Part shown: positions 1 through 11,564 of the stretch, piece after piece
How the letters are laid out: each line of letters starts with the position of its first letter
Numbering within the stretch: the stretch's first letter is position 1
Source of the DNA: Heptranchias perlo
Taxonomy: Eukaryota
Length of the DNA stretch: 64,000 nucleotides
Direction of reading: 5' to 3'
Assembly: GCF_035084215.1 (NCBI RefSeq)
Contig: NC_090350.1
Span: 35,836,001 to 35,900,000 of the forward strand
Notes under the pieces: model-generated
Told to the model about the DNA's origin: nothing
Databases searched by the model: none
The model's input: the letters and a program-made list of their open reading frames with translations, nothing else
Program-made: the position numbers and the translations under genes

Positions 1-157
1 AGGCATAGGAGCTAATTATAGTGTCCCAACTGTTCCCCCACCTCTAAATGACACATACAAATTTAATTGTTTTTTTTTGTTGATATTGTCTCTCGATTAA
101 ATACACGGTTTATACTGTGTGTGGTGCCTCTATTGACTGATTATGGTTACCTTGCAG

Positions 158-247
158 GACCCAACATCAGCATTAACATTAGGGCTGCGAATGGAGGAGA
201 TGATTTTTGATCTTGCTGATACACACTTATTCTTCAATGACTTGGAG
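158..247 (+). CDS. EYA3: EYA3 coding exon (EYA/HAD phosphatase domain); gene starts upstream of the window
   Basis: cttgcag|GAC...GAG|gtaatg; 90 nt encoding [30 protein letters not shown], a conserved EYA-domain motif. Confidence 0.96.
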
Positions 248-599
248 GTAATGAATATCAGTTAGCGGCAAAATATTAGAGTGCCAAAAAGATTTATATA
301 CAAGTCTCCCCACATAAACTTTGAAGTCAAATGCTTCTTGAAATTCTAACCTTTAGAGTTTGGAATCATTTGATGAATGAAGTGCGTAAAGGAAATAAAA
401 TGTTAATTTTATTTCAAAAAAAGATTGCAAGTCTATTTTGAACTAATATCCTCCGCTACAGCGTGCTAGATTGTGGATTTGTGCTGGTTTTTAAATCTGT
501 TCTCTTGATTATTGGGGCAGAAAGCAAAGGAACACTGAATATCGAGTCACCCCCAGACTGCTATCAGTCACTGGAGTGTGCACAAGGAACTGATCTTGC

Positions 600-850
600 A
601 TCTTCCTTGACTTGCACCATCCCCCCCTTTTGTCATTTAATTACTCGTGCCCTCCACCCTATCAGAGACCTTCCCTTTTGTTCTTTCCTTCCCTCCCCCT
701 CTTTCCCTGGCTCTGTACTTGCTCAAAAACTTTAACTCTTAACATCTTCCAGTTCTGACGAAAGGTCTTCGACCTGAAACGTTAACTCTGTTTCTTTCTC
801 CACAGATGCTGCCTGACTTGCTGAGCTTCTCCAGCATTTTCTGTTTTTAG
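600..850 (+). mobile_element. Penelope-like element terminal-repeat fragment containing a hammerhead ribozyme motif
   Basis: Pyrimidine-rich tract, then AGTT-CTGACGA-A-AGGTC-TTC-GACCT-GAAA-C-GTT-AACT, then cacagatgctgcctgacttgctgag...ccagcattttctgttttta; a near-identical inverted copy lies at 16071-16165. Confidence 0.7.
751..787 (+). ncRNA. Minimal type I hammerhead ribozyme motif
   Basis: Core CUGACGA (755-761) and GAAA (776-779); stem II AGGTC/GACCT; stem I AGTT/AACT; palindromic AACGTT in place of stem III. Confidence 0.7.
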
Positions 851-1609
851 TACCGATCTTCTAGATGTTGGTCACATTGATCAGAGTGTAGTGTGTGGCT
901 CCAGGGTGGGAGAACCTTAGCAGAGAAAAACAATAGATTTCTTAAATGTTTAACTGTTCTTTGCTAAGGCTTAAATTTAATCCAGCTGCACTGAGGTGCT
1001 AATGCAGTGATATCTTGCTAGTCAATTTACCCGTTGCTTATATAAGGTATCCAAATATTCCAATGTTTCAAAATGGTTTCAATAAAAAAAATTTGTTGAC
1101 AACTGAAAACCCTATTAAAAATTAAACCAAACTTAAATTTAATATTTCTGTATCCAAATAAATTTTACCTTGGGTAGTCTGTATTGTGTAGCAGAGTTTG
1201 GACATCTCTGATCTAGTATCTGAGCCTCAAAGGAAAGGTGCCTTTGTGTTTTTAATCTTTTGGTTTTACTTGTGCAAGGCTAGGATGGTTTGGCTATCTT
1301 TATACATTATAACACTAGTAATTTAACTTTGAACAGTCGTCACTTAGTAATCTGGCTTTTTTAAGTCTGTTTCTGTACTCCTGTTCAGTACTTGGAAGGC
1401 AAATGTGGAACTTCATTTATGCCTGCACGTAAATACAGGAACTGGGGAAGAATAATGTGCATGATAGGAAAGCCTAACCAGTGATCACTACAGTACAGAA
1501 TTCCATGGGTTGTCAATACTAAATGGCACAAAACCCATATGATTTCCATGCCTGAATTTGATATCAGCATAATTCCAAGTTCATACTTTTTACTTTGCTT
1601 ATTCAACAG

Positions 1610-1668
1610 GAGTGTGATCAAGTTCATGTGGAGGATGTTGCAGCTGATGACAATGGACAAGACTTGAC
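1610..1668 (+). CDS. EYA3: EYA3 coding exon
   Basis: caacag|GAG...AC|gtaata; encodes ECDQVHVEDVAADDNGQDL(T); phase matches both neighbours. Confidence 0.95.
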
Positions 1669-1769
1669 GTAATATATTTTTAATTTTATATTTCAGTTTA
1701 AAGTCTTGCACTTGCTTGTTCCTGCTCGAGCAGTAATGTGCTATGACACAAAGTTGTGGTTGAAATTAG

Positions 1770-2611
1770 GAAGATATGAATGGACTGGTCAGGTGGGCAG
1801 AAAAGTGGCAAATGGAATTCAATCTGGAGAAGTGTGAGGTAATGCATTTGGGGAGGGCAAACAAGGCAAGGGAGTACACAATAAATGGGAGGATACTGAG
1901 AGGTGTAGAGGAACAAAGGGACCTTGGAGTGCATGTCCACAGATCCCTGAAGGTAGCTGGACAGATAGATAAAGTGGTTAAAAAGGCATACGGGATACTT
2001 TCCTTTATTAGCCGAGAAATAGAATATAAGAGCAGGGAGGTTATGCTAGAACTGTATAAAACATTGGTTAAGCCACAGCTTGAGTACAGCGTATAGTTCT
2101 GGTCACCACATTACAGGAAAGATGTGATTGCACTAGAGAGAGTACAGAGGAGATTAACGAGGATGTTGCTGGGGCTGGAGAATTTCAGCTCTGAGAAAAG
2201 ATTGGATAAGCTGGGGTTGTTTTCTTTGGAACGTTGGAGGCTGAGGGGAAATTTAATTGAGGTATATAAAATTATGATGAGACTAGATAGAATGGATAGG
2301 GAGGATCTAGTTCCCTTAGCAGAGGGATCAGTGACCAGGGGGCATAGATTTAAAGTAATTTGGTAGAAGGATTAGAGGGGAGCTGAGGAGAATTTTTTCA
2401 CCCAGCGGGTGGTGGGGGTCTGGAACTCACTGCCTGAAAGGTTGGTAGAGGCAGAAACCCTCAACTCATTTAAAAAGTATTTGGATGTGCACTTGAAGTG
2501 CTGTAACCTACAGGGCTACGGATCAAGAGCTGGATAGCTCTTTTTCGGCCGGCACGGACACGATGGGTCGAATGGCCTCCTTTCTGTGCTGTAATTTTCT
2601 GTGATTCTATG
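1770..2611 (+). mobile_element. CR1-clade LINE, 5'-truncated 3' fragment
   Basis: ORFs 1776-2096 and 2124-2366 (WAEKWQMEFNLEKCEVMHLG, RDLGV, LYKTLVKPQLEY) are the CR1 ORF2 C-terminus; in-frame stops; ends in a gattctatg tail. Confidence 0.92.
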
Positions 2612-3249
2612 GAATTGATAGCTGTCTGAGACTTTTTTTATATTTCCCTAATTTTTTTTCAAATTATGTACAGTTTGTTGATTTTGCTTGTACATAAATG
2701 TTGATGCAACCAGCTGTGTTATACATTTACACAACTAATAGGACATTTGATCTATCCTGTTTTGTTTCATTTCCAGCCCCATTAAAAACAGAGTTCAGTC
2801 TCAGCTGGGCTGTCTGGAGAAGGTGCCAAACAGAAATAAAGTGATTCAGCAGGAGAGAAAATCTCACTGCAAAGGGAAAAAAAGATTTGCTGTGATTACT
2901 GACCATCTGGAGTGTATTTGATTATCAATTTGAAACAAGTTATTCCAGCCTTGTATAGATGGTTGATTTGGACACATTTGGCAGATTGTTTGCATATTTA
3001 GGTACCTTGTAAAAAAAAATTGAGTATTCTGTCTGAAACCATTAGAGAAAGATAGGCAGGCCAGAGAGACACAGACTGTAGTCAGCAGCATGTAAAGGTT
3101 AATATTCAGAGAACTTGTAACTACTTTAAATCTCTTGGAGGTAAGCTTTTTCTTATGATAAACAGTAAATGGATAAGTGAATAGAAATAATGACACACCA
3201 TAGATTTACAGTAGTTAAAAATTCCCTGAATATTAACCTTATCCTGGAA

Positions 3250-4320
3250 TTTTTTTTTTACTGCCCACGCTCCCGGTGAAATCAGTCTGCCCCGCGCGCG
3301 ATCGCAGCCTAATTGGATCCACTTACCTGGTCTTCCGGGTTCCCCGCTGCTGATCTGCGCGTCGGGCGAACTGCGCATGCGCAGTAAGGTCTGTCAGCTG
3401 GAGGAGCTCTATTTAAAGGGGCAGTCCTCCACTGACATGCTGCAAGAAATAGGAAAAAATACAGCATGGAGCAGCCCAGGGGGAAGGCTGCTCCTAGGTT
3501 TAATGATGCCTCACCCCAGGTATCATTAGATGGGGGGAGGAGGAGGAGGAGGAGGGGGAGGACAGAGATCTTCCCCCGCCCCGGCGGGCGGGAGGAAGCG
3601 GCCTGCCTCTGCCACCAGGAAGGCCTGGCTCGAGGTGGCAGAGGAGGTCACCTGCACCATCAACATATCGCCCACCTGCATACAGTGCAGGAGGCGCTGC
3701 AATGACCTAAGTAGGTCAGCCAAAGTGAGTACACTTACTCATTCCCCTATACTCCGTCTGCCACATCACCGCCCCCACCCCACATCTCCTTCTGCACTGC
3801 CAACACTACTCTGTCACATCACCCCTCACACCCACTCAAACCTCATCCTCATCTTACCTGCACTTACTCACCTCGCCAGTACTCGTCCCGCCACTACCAC
3901 TCAACCCAATCATCATACAATCTCATGGCTCCATCTCATACTCACCCTCTCATGCATCTCTTTCACAGCCAGCCTCACTCAACCTGCCACTATCTGTGCT
4001 ACAGTCACAGGATATGCATCACATATGTGCAGTAGGAAGCGTAAGGCAAACATGTCGTGAGCATGAAGGGGATGCACAAGGGTGTTTAAGGGTTTGTCAT
4101 GGTTTTTACTTATATTTAATTTCTGATCAACTCACATCACATATTATATTGGCAACATTACTGCCAAGTCTTTGTGAATCTTGTCAGGTTTGTGCAATAA
4201 TGCCCTTTCCTGAGGATCACAATGAAGACGCACACCTGATGCCACCCATTGTGCCACTGTAGGGTGGGTGTAGGTGTATTTGCAGGGCTCTTTTGTGCAG
4301 ATGACTGAGAGACATCGGCA
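3250..4320 (+). mobile_element. PIF/Harbinger-derived fragment with a frameshifted Myb/SANT-like ORF2 exon
   Basis: ORFs 3466 and 3530 join across a frameshift: MEQPRGKAAPRFNDAS...EIFP/GGRKRPASATRKAWLEVAEEV...TCIQCRRRCNDLSRSAK|gtgagt (donor at 3725); the RF..W..VA..V..QC...NDL pattern is typical of the MSANTD/NAIF1 family; no TIRs seen. Confidence 0.75.
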
Positions 4321-4546
4321 GGAGGCTAGGAAAAAATGCTGGGTTGGCTTCTTGGTCAAGGAGTGGGAGAAGAACCTAACAAGGCAAGATAAATAAAACT
4401 TGCAGAAGTGGGGGAATAGTGCTGTAGAAATGCAATAATCAATTGATTGCAAAAATAAGCAGTTTTTTGTTCAAGCTAGTATAAGCCAGTAAAGTCACTT
4501 TGTATTTGAACAATAATTTTAAGATATTTTAACTTTTTGGTTTCAG

Positions 4547-4707
4547 TAATTACAACTTTGCTACCGATGGATTTCATGGCTCTGTGTCTGGTTCGAGCCT
4601 TTCCTCGGGAGGTGGTGTTCAGGGAGGTGTTGATTGGATGAGAAAGCTGGCCTTTCGATATCGACGTGTAAAAGAAATGTACAACACATACAGTACAAAT
4701 GTCGGAG
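4547..4707 (+). CDS. EYA3: EYA3 coding exon
   Basis: tttcag|T AAT...GGA G|gtaaac; encodes [11 protein letters not shown]...[31 protein letters not shown]. Confidence 0.96.
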
Positions 4708-4832
4708 GTAAACTTCTTATGACAAAGTTGTGAGCAGCCACCTTGAGAATTATTTTTCCACTCAGAATGGCTGGAACAAGCGTTGGTAAAGGAGTTTAAA
4801 AAATGAATGAATGTTACTTATTATTTCAACAG

Positions 4833-4947
4833 AGCTGCTCAATCCGGCCAAGAGGGATTCCTTACAGCAGTTAAGAGCTGATGTGGAAGTTTTGACTGAC
4901 TCCTGGCTAGCAACTGCATTGAAATCACTATTGCTAATTCAGTCAAG
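4833..4947 (+). CDS. EYA3: EYA3 coding exon
   Basis: caacag|AG CTG...TCA AG|gtaact; encodes [38 protein letters not shown]; LTDSWL and KSLLLIQSR match the EYA3 paralog. Confidence 0.96.
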
Positions 4948-5289
4948 GTAACTGCATTAATGTACATAAAAAATAATTGGGATTTTGTTGAAATGTTTGT
5001 TTTATCTTTCTTCTACATCTGAACAGTGGTCTGGTATTCAAATTCAGTTATTGAACTTTGAAGACCAGAATATGTTCAGATCAAAGCCTAGCGCTTTACT
5101 GTTAACAAAAACTATGTTCCAACAGATTTGCATAGTCTCTGTGTGGAAGCACGCTTAAGGAATAAACCAAAAGGATAATTTGGTGACTTTGCGTCCTCGG
5201 GGAGTCTTGCCTGCCAGAAGCGCAGATCGGCAATTCGGGCCTGTGCTGCGCACGATTGTCCATCTATTATTTTAAATGAAACTCAACTC

Positions 5290-5650
5290 ATCTGTCTGGT
5301 TGTAGGGTTGTACGTAAAATGAATTTGAAGCTTTCAATCCAGTTTCTAGTAGGAAGTGGACCCCCCCCCACCACACCCAGTATAAAACTGCTCACATTTA
5401 ATCACTAACCTTGCTTGGAGAGAGCTTAAGGATGGCTGACGTGAGAAGTGGAGAAATTCCAAGTTGTGCAGTGGAGAGCGCTGTTCTTAAGGGCTGGTCA
5501 TGTCACATTATTGGGGCAGGGGATGGCTCTATTCTGCTTTCAGTCTTGTTATACTTGACCTAGGATGCCTGACGTTGACGTTGTTTGGCCAAAGTGAAAA
5601 ATTGCCCCTTTCCCCAATACCGACTTCCTCACCTTGATAACCACAAAAAA
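5290..5650 (+). mobile_element. Degenerate LF-SINE-like element (body and 3' part)
   Basis: gtaaaatgaatttgaagctttcaatccagtttctagt and cacattattggggcagggg...ttatacttgacct resemble recalled LF-SINE segments. Confidence 0.4.
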
Positions 5651-5735
5651 AGTAAAAGGGAGCGCAAAAAAACCAAGAGGTTAATGTATGTTCACAAAAT
5701 TAAATAGACTGGTTAGAGTCTTTTTTTTATTCCAG

Positions 5736-5857
5736 AAGAAATTGCGTTAATATCCTGGTTACTACAACACAACTAGTACCAGCTCTGGCTAAAGTATTGC
5801 TGTATGGACTAGGTGAAATTTTTCCTATTGAAAACATTTACAGTGCCACAAAAATAG
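5736..5857 (+). CDS. EYA3: EYA3 coding exon
   Basis: ttccag|A AGA...ATA G|gtaagg; encodes [40 protein letters not shown] (HAD motif II region). Confidence 0.97.
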
Positions 5858-6740
5858 GTAAGGGATTTGGTTTCAGTTTTATTTTTCAATTATTGTCTTG
5901 GGTTGATTTCCTACTAGATAATTAAATGCCGCACAACTGTTAAAACTAACTGTTGCAAAGTAACCCTGTTCAATATAAAGTGGCATTGATGTAGTCTCAT
6001 GATATCTTTATTCTGATAGAAATTAAGATAATGCTTCCAAGTAGCCTCGATATGCCGAACATTTTTGTGGTGCTGTATGGTGGAAAGTTGTAGATCTTGA
6101 CGCTGCTATCGTGGGGGTGATGTTGAATAGAAGCCAGGCGCTTCTCCACTCGGGGGGCGAGAGAGAGTAGCACTCAGCCGTTCTCGTGGAAATCTTTGCA
6201 GCAGATAGAGGTAGAGACCTGTACATCTACTTGGCTGACAATAGTGCGGGGTGGAGAGAAAAGAATGTCCTGTAATCTGCTCTACAGTTAGTGACTGCTG
6301 TATTTGTTTTTCATATAACCTATTTTTTCAAGATCTAGCATGATTGTATAACTTTTTTTTATTATGTTCTAGAATAAATTGTTTTGTACCAACTGACCTG
6401 TCAGATAATAGTATGATTATCCTAACAGCAGGTATCATGTTCTGAAGTATTACAGATTTTATCAGACGATTCTGGTCTTGTAGATGGTGTTAGAATAAGT
6501 TTTGACATTGTTTTTTTTGCTTTTGTCAGTTGCTGTTAGGTCTTATTTTCTCCTTTTCTGTCATTTTGTTAAAATTCTTATTGAATTGGAACAAGTCCAT
6601 TCACAAACTATCTTTGTGAAGAGCTTTATTTAAATAAGATGGTACTGCTGGTGATGAAAGTATAGGTTCATTTAGATGGTATTTTGTTCAGACTTGCATA
6701 TAGTTTCATGGTGATGGTTAATATCAAATAATTCAACAGC

Positions 6741-6920
6741 GGGGACTGGATAGCACAGTCAATTAGAATGCTGTTCATATCTGGGCCATGAGTTTGAATC
6801 TAGCCCAGTCTGCTGGATAGTTTTGGACAGCTGCTAAAAACCTGAATAGAATTAGTTTGGCCAGTCTTGACATGGCCACTAATGGGCATGAATTCATGCG
6901 CAAAACTGTCTAGGATGGCT
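6741..6920 (+). mobile_element. tRNA-headed SINE, LF-SINE-like 5' part
   Basis: Starts GGGGACTGGATAGCACAGT (A-box-like), then GAGTTTGAATCTAGCCCAG (B-box-like); resembles the recalled LF-SINE 5' end. Confidence 0.5.
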
Positions 6921-8305
6921 GGTATGGAAAATGGAAATTTAACACTATTGCAATAGGGTTTCCTGTTCCTATGCCTCGTACTAGCTGAGCCAGCATGAAT
7001 GAGTCACTTAACAATTCTGCCATCGTGCCAGTTGTGTTCTCATGGGTTCAGGCTGTACGACCTTCCTCCAAAAGCTCAGACGCATACGTGCCGCGTGTAC
7101 TGCGGTACTCTAGCCAAAGTGGCCAGTGTGTACAGTCCATGGTACTGGGATAATGCAAATTAAATCTACTGGTGCACTGATTATTGGCTCTGTGCCACTG
7201 GGTATAGGGTATCTCCAATGTGCACGTTGATATGGTGCACATTGGATTCTGGAGTGTTGTGGTTGGGGCAATGTTGCTCCAGCATTGGACCACAACCATG
7301 GGCAGGTTTTGAAGTGGTGAGGTTTAGTAACACTATTGTGATTTTCACACTGAATTACACCTCAGCAGGTATGAATTCAGTATGAAAATCATAGAGCAAA
7401 GAGGGCAGTAGTTAAGACATGTTAGTAATGTAAATGAAGCATTATTCTGCATTTGACTTGTACTTGAGGCTCGCATTGATTGGAAAAATTGGCTATATTC
7501 TTATTCCCAGCACGGGCCATTAATTTTCTGTTTTAGAAAAACATTTTCAGAACTTTATTACATGGATTGCATCCAAATTTGGATAAATTTACCATGCTTA
7601 AGAATAGGAAGAGGTCTTTTAGGTTCATTTTGTTATATTTAAATTTGAGGTTAAGAGTAACTTTGTTTAAAACAAGTTTGAAAATATGCGATCCTTCTGT
7701 GTTCCTGTGTTGCATTCTGACATGGAGTTTCTTTCACAGTGTAGTCTGTTCCACATGCCAGTTTAGACTGAAAACCGAATAGAAGATTCAGATGCAGGGC
7801 ACATTTTCCTGAGATAGCTTTAAAACCACCACCTTAAGTTTAATATGAACACTTGAAGAACAATTATCGAAAAGAAATACTTGTTGAAACATCTGACTTT
7901 CACAGATTGAATTACTTCTGGGGTGGGTAAACGAGGTAGCCGCTCATTGCCAGCAATGTCCTACAGACAGCAATAAGGTGGTGTTACTTGAAGGAGGAAT
8001 GTTAACGAGGACATTGGAAAATTCCCTGCTCCTCATCAAGTGATGCCAGGGAGTCTTTTAACACCCAACTAGACAGGTAGATGGTGCCTTACTTTATATA
8101 TTAGAGGTTGAGATGTTAAACTATGTTGCCACGCTCCATATTGCTCCTGTAAGTGTTTTCAGCAAATCAGCTATTTTGTTGGAGGAAAAATGTATTTTAA
8201 ACAGTTTGCCTTGAAGGGCAGGTGGAAAGAATTCATGAAGTCTGTGTAAACAAAGCCTCCATCTTCGCTGGGCTGTAAAATCACTAAGACTTATTTGTTT
8301 TTCAG

Positions 8306-8406
8306 GCAAAGAAAGCTGTTTTGAACGTATTGTGTCCAGATTTGGGAAGAAAGTTACATATGTAGTCATTGGAGATGGTCGGGATGAGGAGTATGCAGCT
8401 AAACGG
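8306..8406 (+). CDS. EYA3: EYA3 coding exon
   Basis: tttcag|GC AAA...CGG|gtaaat; encodes [33 protein letters not shown] (HAD GDGxxE motif). Confidence 0.97.
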
Positions 8407-9392
8407 GTAAATTTGACTTGGAATGTTTTGCAGTGAAAGAGTAAATTGTGCACATTTGGCAACGGTTTGGTACAAAGGTAGCAAACATAATTGTAATAAT
8501 GCAAATAGGGGATAAGTGCTAGGAACATAGATTGGGGTTATGTTTAGCAAAATGTTGGCCATAATCAGTTGAAAGTCTGAGATTTTTTATTTTTGGATTT
8601 GTCTTAAAGTAAGTTTTGGTGGTGTTTGCATACTATTCCTAACTTTTTGCATGAGGATTGAACCTTATAGATCAAACCAAGGTAAACTATGCTTTCCTTA
8701 TTTTCTTCAGGACCAGTTCAGTTTTTAAGAGTCAAATCCACTTATATGCAAAAGTGCATTTTAAATACACATTGCTTGAAAGTCCCAAATTCACCGCCAT
8801 TCATTTGCTCCGTTCATTTGAAGTCTGGCAAAATCTGCTTTATATGTATCCTACCTTCGGCCGACCACATCTTTCTTGAGTTCCAATGAGTTCGAGCTTA
8901 ACGGTAATGCTTGGATGCAAGTTGCTGACTGCTGCTGACATGATGCCCCTATTGGTCTGTGTAAATCAAGTCTGAAATTTGATCCTTGGAGCAATTCACC
9001 CCAGTTTTCTTGCCTTTTGTGTGTTATGAGTGACGTTTTCTTCTATTCAGTTTCTCAATAATTCTAACTAGTTGTGATTCAGTTTCTCTGCACCTTTTTC
9101 TTGCATTGCATTTCATTTTTCTTTTTCACTTTCCAAACGTTTTTCTTCTGATCCTTTATGTTCTCTGCGTGCTTTGCTTTTTATTCATTGGCGAATTTCT
9201 GTCAGTTTGCACACACGCTAACAGTGCTTCACAAACGAAAGTTTTTTTTAAAACATTCTGTTCCCTGAGGCACAACATTGCCAAAGATGCATTCATTGCA
9301 ACATGAGAAGGTAGGTTGTCGTGTTTCTTGTAGTGCTTTTTTAAAATAGGGATCAAAAATCGGTTTCTTTTCTGGACCATCAACAAATCAAA

Positions 9393-9540
9393 AAGAACAA
9401 ACTTGCATTTATATAGTGCCCTTCACGACCTCTGGACGTCCCAAAGGCACTTCAAAGCCAATAGGTTACTTTGGAAGTTTTGTAGGCATATGCAGCAACT
9501 AATTTGCGCACAGCAAGATCCCATAAACGACAGAGATGAA
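9393..9540 (-). mobile_element. DeuSINE-family 3' fragment
   Basis: Reverse complement of the ...gggacgtccagaggtcgtgaagggcactatataaatgcaagt tail shared with the copies at 47150 and 51440. Confidence 0.7.
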
Positions 9541-11228
9541 TGATAAAACAAAAATTAGTAAGCGGAAAAGTACACTTCCTGGTTCAGAGAAAGTCATCAG
9601 TCGCAAAGTGGACATATGAATGAATAAAACCTGCCCTGATCTATCCTTCAGGAATCATTGCATAAATTTCCTGTTGTAGACATTTTCACTTTCAGTTGTG
9701 TTAAACAGCATCTTGGGTCTTAATCCAGACCTACAGAAGAAACCTCTTGGAATAAAGCTGTTGTCAAGTTAAACACAACAGTCCTGCTTTCATGTAATCA
9801 TGTGCTCATCCCAAGCAGTTGCATATAAGTTGATTTCACTGAATTTGCGATGTATTCCGTGCCTGCTGCAGTGGATATTTTAAAACTGGAAGGTAGCATT
9901 GAATGGATTGCAAAAACTTTTTGCCTTTTGTGTGCACTATTGATTACTAACTTGCTGTGGTTTTCTGTAGAGGCATATTCAAAAATTATATTTCAGAACA
10001 TTGCTTACAAACACTTGAAAAGCTGCTTTGTTATATACTGTATAGAATATTGTTTTGGGGCTACTAGCACCTTCACTTTCAACAGATAAATTTGAATCTG
10101 TTAGAGTTTTCAATCAACATGATGCCTATAATTAAATGGGCCCACTTACTCTGTGTAAGGTTTGTTAAAGAAAATAATTATTTCACACAAAGAGCTAAAA
10201 ACGATGTTTGTGGTTTACAATTAAGCATCTGTGTGCGCAATATCCCAAAGGCAGAAGGCATAGTCTAGCCTAACTATGCAAAGTAGCAAAATATATGAAC
10301 AGTGGACTTTGGTTCTGATTGTGGGAAGGTCCAAGATTATTATGCTGAAGGATCACTACTTTTGATTTGAGTACTTTAATATTGGCACCTACTGATAACT
10401 GCTGGTACTCTAAACATTTAGAGTTGTCTTTTTAAACTTAAAATACATATTGTTGAATGCACCAAAACGGATGATGCATTCAAGAATGTGCTCCAACAGT
10501 CAAGGTTATGGCTATGATGTTGTATAAAGCTGGGGAAATGTTCTGGTTTCACTGGGTGCTATGAAAGTGGTTACCAGACAACAGAGCCATATTACCCTTT
10601 CCAGCAGAATTCCTTGAAGAAAAATAAGTGCTCTGCCAGCTTCCTTCATCCACAAGTGGATTAGAAGTGCTGACACTAATTGTAGTCTTATTGTTTCAAC
10701 ATGAGAAATGGGCTTTGATTAAAGGTATAGTCCTGTAATCGCATCAGTGAAACCAAGCTCTGCTGATCATTGTAAATGAACACAATCATTCAGATGCACA
10801 GTGGAGGTGATTTTGGTCAGGCCAAATACTTCATTATAACCAAACGATCATGACTAGCAGTGATCACTGAAATGAAAATCCACCGTATCCTTTCTCTGAA
10901 ATTCTCAAAGCGTGTGGTGTGCATCTAATTAACATTCATGAGCTTGCCTTAATTCATGTTACAACACAAACTGATGCAACCATTGTAATCCAATCCTGGT
11001 AGAGTAGTCTGGTTGGTTGAATTCTTTTGGACTGCCTATAAAGAATGCATGTGAAAACTTTGGCTGTGAGAAAGTTGTACGGTTGCATCTAATTTATTGT
11101 GAAATTTGTCTGCAATTAGCCCTTCTGAATCTCACTTCTATAAACCAGGAGCTAATGAGTAATTTTAGGAATTCAAATGTAATGAATGCATCTTCATTGC
11201 ATGTAATTCTCTATGTCTGAAGGTTGAT

Positions 11229-11241
11229 CGCCATCTGCTGG
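11229..11241 (-). promoter_or_regulatory. Candidate CTCF site in the last EYA3 intron
   Basis: Reverse complement reads CCAGCAGATGGCG, a close match to the CTCF core CCASYAGRKGGCR. Confidence 0.45.
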
Positions 11242-11483
11242 GCCTCAGTAAGGGATGCAAAGCAGAGGTTCCATTTCCAGTTTTACATTGGCAAAATGCA
11301 CAACTTTCACATGAATTAAGGGAAGGGCAAAAAGATAGTAAAATACAGAATAGTGAGCAAAAAATGTACCTTTTCTATTTGTACTTTTTACTACAATAAA
11401 GTTTACTGTAATTGTCTTGCCAAGGTTTAACTAGGGTTCGCCTATTACTTATATTTGTTCATATGTATACTGTTCAATTCCAG

Positions 11484-11564
11484 CACAATATGCCGTTTTG
11501 GAGAATATCGAACCATGGTGATCTGATGTCATTGCATCAAGCTCTGCAATTGGACTACCTGTGA
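11484..11564 (+). CDS. EYA3: EYA3 terminal coding exon
   Basis: ttccag|CAC...CTG TGA; encodes [26 protein letters not shown]. Confidence 0.97.
   Translation, partial: HNMPFWRISNHGDLMSLHQALQLDYL

Noticed and set aside
3725-4060. His/Pro/Thr-rich C-terminal half of ORF 3530-4060 as protein
   Set aside because: It follows a strong GTGAGT donor and is low-complexity C/A-rich sequence typical of a transposon intron.
6020-6290. GC-richer intronic patch as a possible H/ACA snoRNA or cryptic exon
   Set aside because: I could not establish two hairpins with an H box, a recognisable family, or a spliceable frame.
5858-11483. A second, mutually exclusive GKESCFERI exon as in EYA4
   Set aside because: I scanned both flanking introns by eye and found only the exon at 8306-8406; a very degenerate copy cannot be excluded.
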